From the IMG/VR virus record IMGVR_UViG_3300025018_000317, positions 1-36,255 of that record: 36,255 nt of DNA, one strand, 5' to 3'. The notes under the pieces were generated by a model, which was given only the letters and a program-made list of their open reading frames with translations, was not told the DNA's origin and did not search any database. This DNA comes from a virus. Taxonomy: Duplodnaviria; Caudoviricetes. The stretch's first letter is position 1; every line of letters starts with the position of its first letter. The translations under genes and the position numbers were made by a program. Of this stretch, positions 33,468-36,255 are shown in pieces.

Positions 33468-36255
33468 CTATTTCAGACTACGGCCACTAGTATAACTTGT
33501 ATGATTTTTTCCGCCACCAATTGCAGCTTGTGACAACTGGGCTTGAGCTTGCTGCAATCTTTGTGCAGCTAGAACCTGTGTTCCAGGCTTTAGTGCTTGA
33601 GGAGGTATGGGCGGCGGACCTGGTCGAGGAACCGGCGCAAAATCAGTAATTAGTGTTTGAAGTTTTTTATTTGCATTTGGACTCCAAGCCTCTAGACCAG
33701 CAGAGAAAGGTTGGATCTCTCCTTTTATAGCACCACGAACTCCAGCAAATACTTTTTCAACTCCAGAATTTCCAAGACTTTTAACAAAGCCTCCTTCTCC
33801 AATTAAAACTTGTGCAGCGTTATGTTGGCCAACTGTAGTTCTGGCAAGAGTAGCAAATCTGTTTGAAACCTGTCTTTCAAGAACTTCATGGAATAAAACA
33901 GTATTTAGAAAATCATCAGTTCCGACAGAGGATAGATCTTTTATCCCAGCTTTAGTTCCAAATTCCTGGAAAGACTTTTGTAAACGCGCAGGATCCATTA
34001 AGATATATTTTTCTCCACTGTCGTGAACAACCATTCCAGCTCCACCACCTAGTCCAGGTTGTTGTCTTAATGCGTCTTCAAAAAACGCTTTCTTTGCGGG
34101 AGTGTTCGCAACAATGACATTCTTTTCTCCTAGCGCCTCTATAAACTGTTCAAGATTTTTTCCCTTAGCGAGTCTTGCGGCTTCTATAGGGTTAGTTAGT
34201 TTACTTGCAAGAGGGGCTGGATTTTTAGCCATGAACCTGCTAATTCTTCTGGAAATTCCACCAAACCATCCTTTCCAAGGAGAACCAAAGTCTCCATAAA
34301 GCCTTCTCTCTAGAGAGGCTATTCCTCCATGACTAAAACCATTAAACGGGTTTAGTCCCATATTTGAAGATGGTCTTGCTATAGATAAACCGGCTGCCAT
34401 GTCCATATCATAAAGAGATGTTTTATCTTCTACAGAAGAGTTCATGGCTGCTCTTTTCCGAATAGCATCGGGAGATGCAGCACCAGTGAGAGGACCGCTT
34501 AGATGTTGAGATCTTGAAACGATAGGAGCACTTGAGTTTGCAAAGGATGACAGTTCTTTTAGGGTGTTTTGAAGCTTTTCAAACCCTATCTCCATCCTGA
34601 GTTCGTGGTCTATATTCATGCCCCAACTTTCCAAGTTCTTAGTCTTCGAAGTTGCAACTCCCCAATCTATCCAAGAAACACGATTACTGGCAGCATCGTA
34701 CATTATGTTGTCTGCCTTAATGTCGAAGTTTGCCAATCCTCTTGATTTTGTTTCCTCTATTGCTTGTCTCACTCTTGGCAGGATGTCTTTTGGAACATTA
34801 GAGACCCCAAGATCGTGTAGTGCTTTTCCTGGCATTAGTTCCATAAAGAGCTGATTACTTTCAGCTAGGTATGGGGATGGGGCAAAGGACGTGTCTGCAA
34901 GCATACTCATAGCTGAAGCTTCGTTTTTGAGGTTTGTGTTGTGCTTAATAAAATCAAGAGGCAACCTGCCCTCTCTATTTGTTTGAGCCCATCTAGCTAG
35001 ATGTTCCTCTCCTTCATGAATACTTTTTCTAATGTAAGAGAACTCGCGTCCCATATAGCTTGTTTTCATCAGGTGAGTAACGCCAAATTGTCCAGAACCA
35101 AGTTCTTTTACAACAGCACCGCCGCGAATTGCAGCGGCAAACGCCTTGTCTTTTAGAACAGATCCATAGCTTTGGCCTAGATCTTGTGCAATACCTCTTA
35201 CGACATCATAACCGCTACCAAAGGGTGTATTCTTCTTACGTTCTTTTTCTGCCATACCTCCATGACGTAATCCTTCTATGGTGTTATATGCGTCATCTCT
35301 ACCAGAAAAGGAATAAGAGAGAGCAGAGAATGGAAGGGATAGAAGAGCGCCAGCGCCAGCGCCCATTCCAATATCCTTTATATTGCCAAGGAAGAAATCC
35401 CTCATCGGAACGCTTTGTATGTTTCCGTGTTTTATAACCAGGTCGAGCATAGCAGGAGAGCCGGTTTGAGACTCAAAAGCCATTCCGAGCGCCTTTCCTA
35501 ATCTTCCTGGTACCTTTCCTTCGATTCTTTGTCTCATATCTCTAAGTGCTGCGCCCATTGAGCCACCAGCAACGTAAGCTTTTACATCGACATTAAGACC
35601 CTTGCTCTTTAAAATCTCGGCTTGAACTTCAAGAATATCTTCTACTCCAATTTCAGGAATATTTTTTGGATTGAATTTTTTCATTAACCTTGGATCAAGG
35701 AATTTTCTGTTCAGAAAAGATCCCCGCATAAACGATGATGCAAGCATAGATGCTGATGCTGAAGTTTTAATACCTTCAATGGATCCGTTCCAGACCGTCT
35801 GGAAGAAGCTCTGAGGCTGTTCATATTTGAGCGCTTCAGTACCAGCCCAAATGCCTACGGCAGCAGCTGCGCCACCTAGGGCGCCTTTCCAGCCAAATCT
35901 ATCGTAGCCTGTGAGACCAGCAGCCCCAATAAGAAATGCTGTATTTATACCAGACAAAACCCCGCCGATAGTTATGTCATTATCTTTCTGTCCTTGATAT
36001 CCGGATCCAAACTTATACTTCTTTCTTAGTGTCCCAGCCATACCTCCGTGCAATAGACCTTCTATAGTGTTATATGCATCATCAAACCCAGAGAATCTGT
36101 TCCCTAGGGAAAAACGATTGTAACTTCTGTTTACTTCAAGAAAAAGTTTATTAAATTCTGGGGTTTGAAACAGCTCTGATAAAATTGGAATATGTCTATA
36201 TTGATCAAGAGCTTCTTTTAATGGATATTTTTCACTTCTGTAAGCAAGAGCCTCT
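33468..36255 (-). CDS. Multidomain polyprotein: membrane module + Ser/Thr/Tyr-type protein kinase + HExxE module (partial, >928 aa, open past right edge)
   Basis: Frame has no stop from 36254, 67 codons upstream of the track's TTG start. Kinase motifs LGSGQFG, YIRK, KNE, FMELMPG, DIKADN, IDWG; FHEVLE; three copies of a linker motif. Confidence 0.85.
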   Translation of the reverse strand, partial: EALAYRSEKYPLKEALDQYRHIPILSELFQTPEFNKLFLEVNRSYNRFSLGNRFSGFDDAYNTIEGLLHGGMAGTLRKKYKFGSGYQGQKDNDITIGGVLSGINTAFLIGAAGLTGYDRFGWKGALGGAAAAVGIWAGTEALKYEQPQSFFQTVWNGSIEGIKTSASASMLASSFMRGSFLNRKFLDPRLMKKFNPKNIPEIGVEDILEVQAEILKSKGLNVDVKAYVAGGSMGAALRDMRQRIEGKVPGRLGKALGMAFESQTGSPAMLDLVIKHGNIQSVPMRDFFLGNIKDIGMGAGAGALLSLPFSALSYSFSGRDDAYNTIEGLRHGGMAEKERKKNTPFGSGYDVVRGIAQDLGQSYGSVLKDKAFAAAIRGGAVVKELGSGQFGVTHLMKTSYMGREFSYIRKSIHEGEEHLARWAQTNREGRLPLDFIKHNTNLKNEASAMSMLADTSFAPSPYLAESNQLFMELMPGKALHDLGVSNVPKDILPRVRQAIEETKSRGLANFDIKADNIMYDAASNRVSWIDWGVATSKTKNLESWGMNIDHELRMEIGFEKLQNTLKELSSFANSSAPIVSRSQHLSGPLTGAASPDAIRKRAAMNSSVEDKTSLYDMDMAAGLSIARPSSNMGLNPFNGFSHGGIASLERRLYGDFGSPWKGWFGGISRRISRFMAKNPAPLASKLTNPIEAARLAKGKNLEQFIEALGEKNVIVANTPAKKAFFEDALRQQPGLGGGAGMVVHDSGEKYILMDPARLQKSFQEFGTKAGIKDLSSVGTDDFLNTVLFHEVLERQVSNRFATLARTTVGQHNAAQVLIGEGGFVKSLGNSGVEKVFAGVRGAIKGEIQPFSAGLEAWSPNANKKLQTLITDFAPVPRPGPPPIPPQALKPGTQVLAAQRLQQAQAQLSQAAIGGGKNHTSYTSGRSLK
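34275..34352 (-). repeat. Polyprotein linker repeat copy 3 (diverged)
   Basis: NPFNGFSHGGIASLERRLYGDFGSPW keeps the N..xG..HGG.A...R....FGS-x-aromatic pattern. Confidence 0.75.
35208..35309 (-). repeat. Polyprotein linker repeat copy 2
   Basis: FSGRDDAYNTIEGLRHGGMAEKERKKNTPFGSGY; also similar to copy 1 at DNA level (gcatataacaYatagaagg-type core ...ggaggtatggc). Confidence 0.9.
35997..36095 (-). repeat. Polyprotein linker repeat copy 1
   Basis: FSGFDDAYNTIEGLLHGGMAGTLRKKYKFGSGY. Confidence 0.9.

Noticed and set aside
4518-33470. TAG stop-codon reassignment (genetic code 15)
   Set aside because: Genes are full length under the standard code and TAGs fall at natural gene ends, often overlapping the next SD.
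35250-35265. GGAGGT-ATG inside linker repeats as internal translation starts
   Set aside because: Zero spacing between SD-like sequence and ATG, and no suitably spaced start codon downstream.
579-35437. All plus-strand ORFs in the track (e.g. 579-989, 17289-17669, 25081-25527, 27820-28302, 31737-32210)
   Set aside because: They lie antisense to long, motif-bearing minus-strand genes and have the Ser/Leu/Phe-rich composition of shadow ORFs.
36051-36053. Track start (TTG) of the 861-aa ORF
   Set aside because: It falls in the middle of repeat copy 1 and the frame stays open to the window edge, so the true start is outside the window.
1-36255. tRNAs, CRISPR arrays, group I/II introns, transposases
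   Set aside because: None seen. Intergenic gaps are about 100 nt or less and are explained by terminators and SDs; no covariance search could be run.

Overview
This window is the virion-morphogenesis region of a large contractile-tailed (myovirus-like) dsDNA phage, with every credible gene on the minus strand. In transcription order it encodes: a partial multidomain polyprotein; three small Gly/Ala-rich proteins; large terminase with two LAGLIDADG inteins; three unknown genes; portal with a MuF-like C-terminus; prohead protease/scaffold; a capsid-associated protein; HK97-type major capsid; neck genes; tail sheath; three tail-tube paralogues; two paralogous tail chaperones; a tape-measure-like gene split across two frames; and a partial ORF of more than 1508 aa (4525 to the left edge) that the ORF track missed. 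Manual translation shows that last ORF is a single-chain two-barrel RNA polymerase, with beta-like then beta'-like motifs in order and GDFDGD at 1094-1111, most likely a virion RNAP. The right-edge polyprotein consists of cassettes (membrane module, protein kinase, HExxE peptidase-like module) separated by a recurring ~33-aa motif. I found no cysteine in these putative injected proteins (~4,300 aa in total). Together they suggest a virion-delivered payload system. Functional calls come from motif recognition by eye, not database searches.
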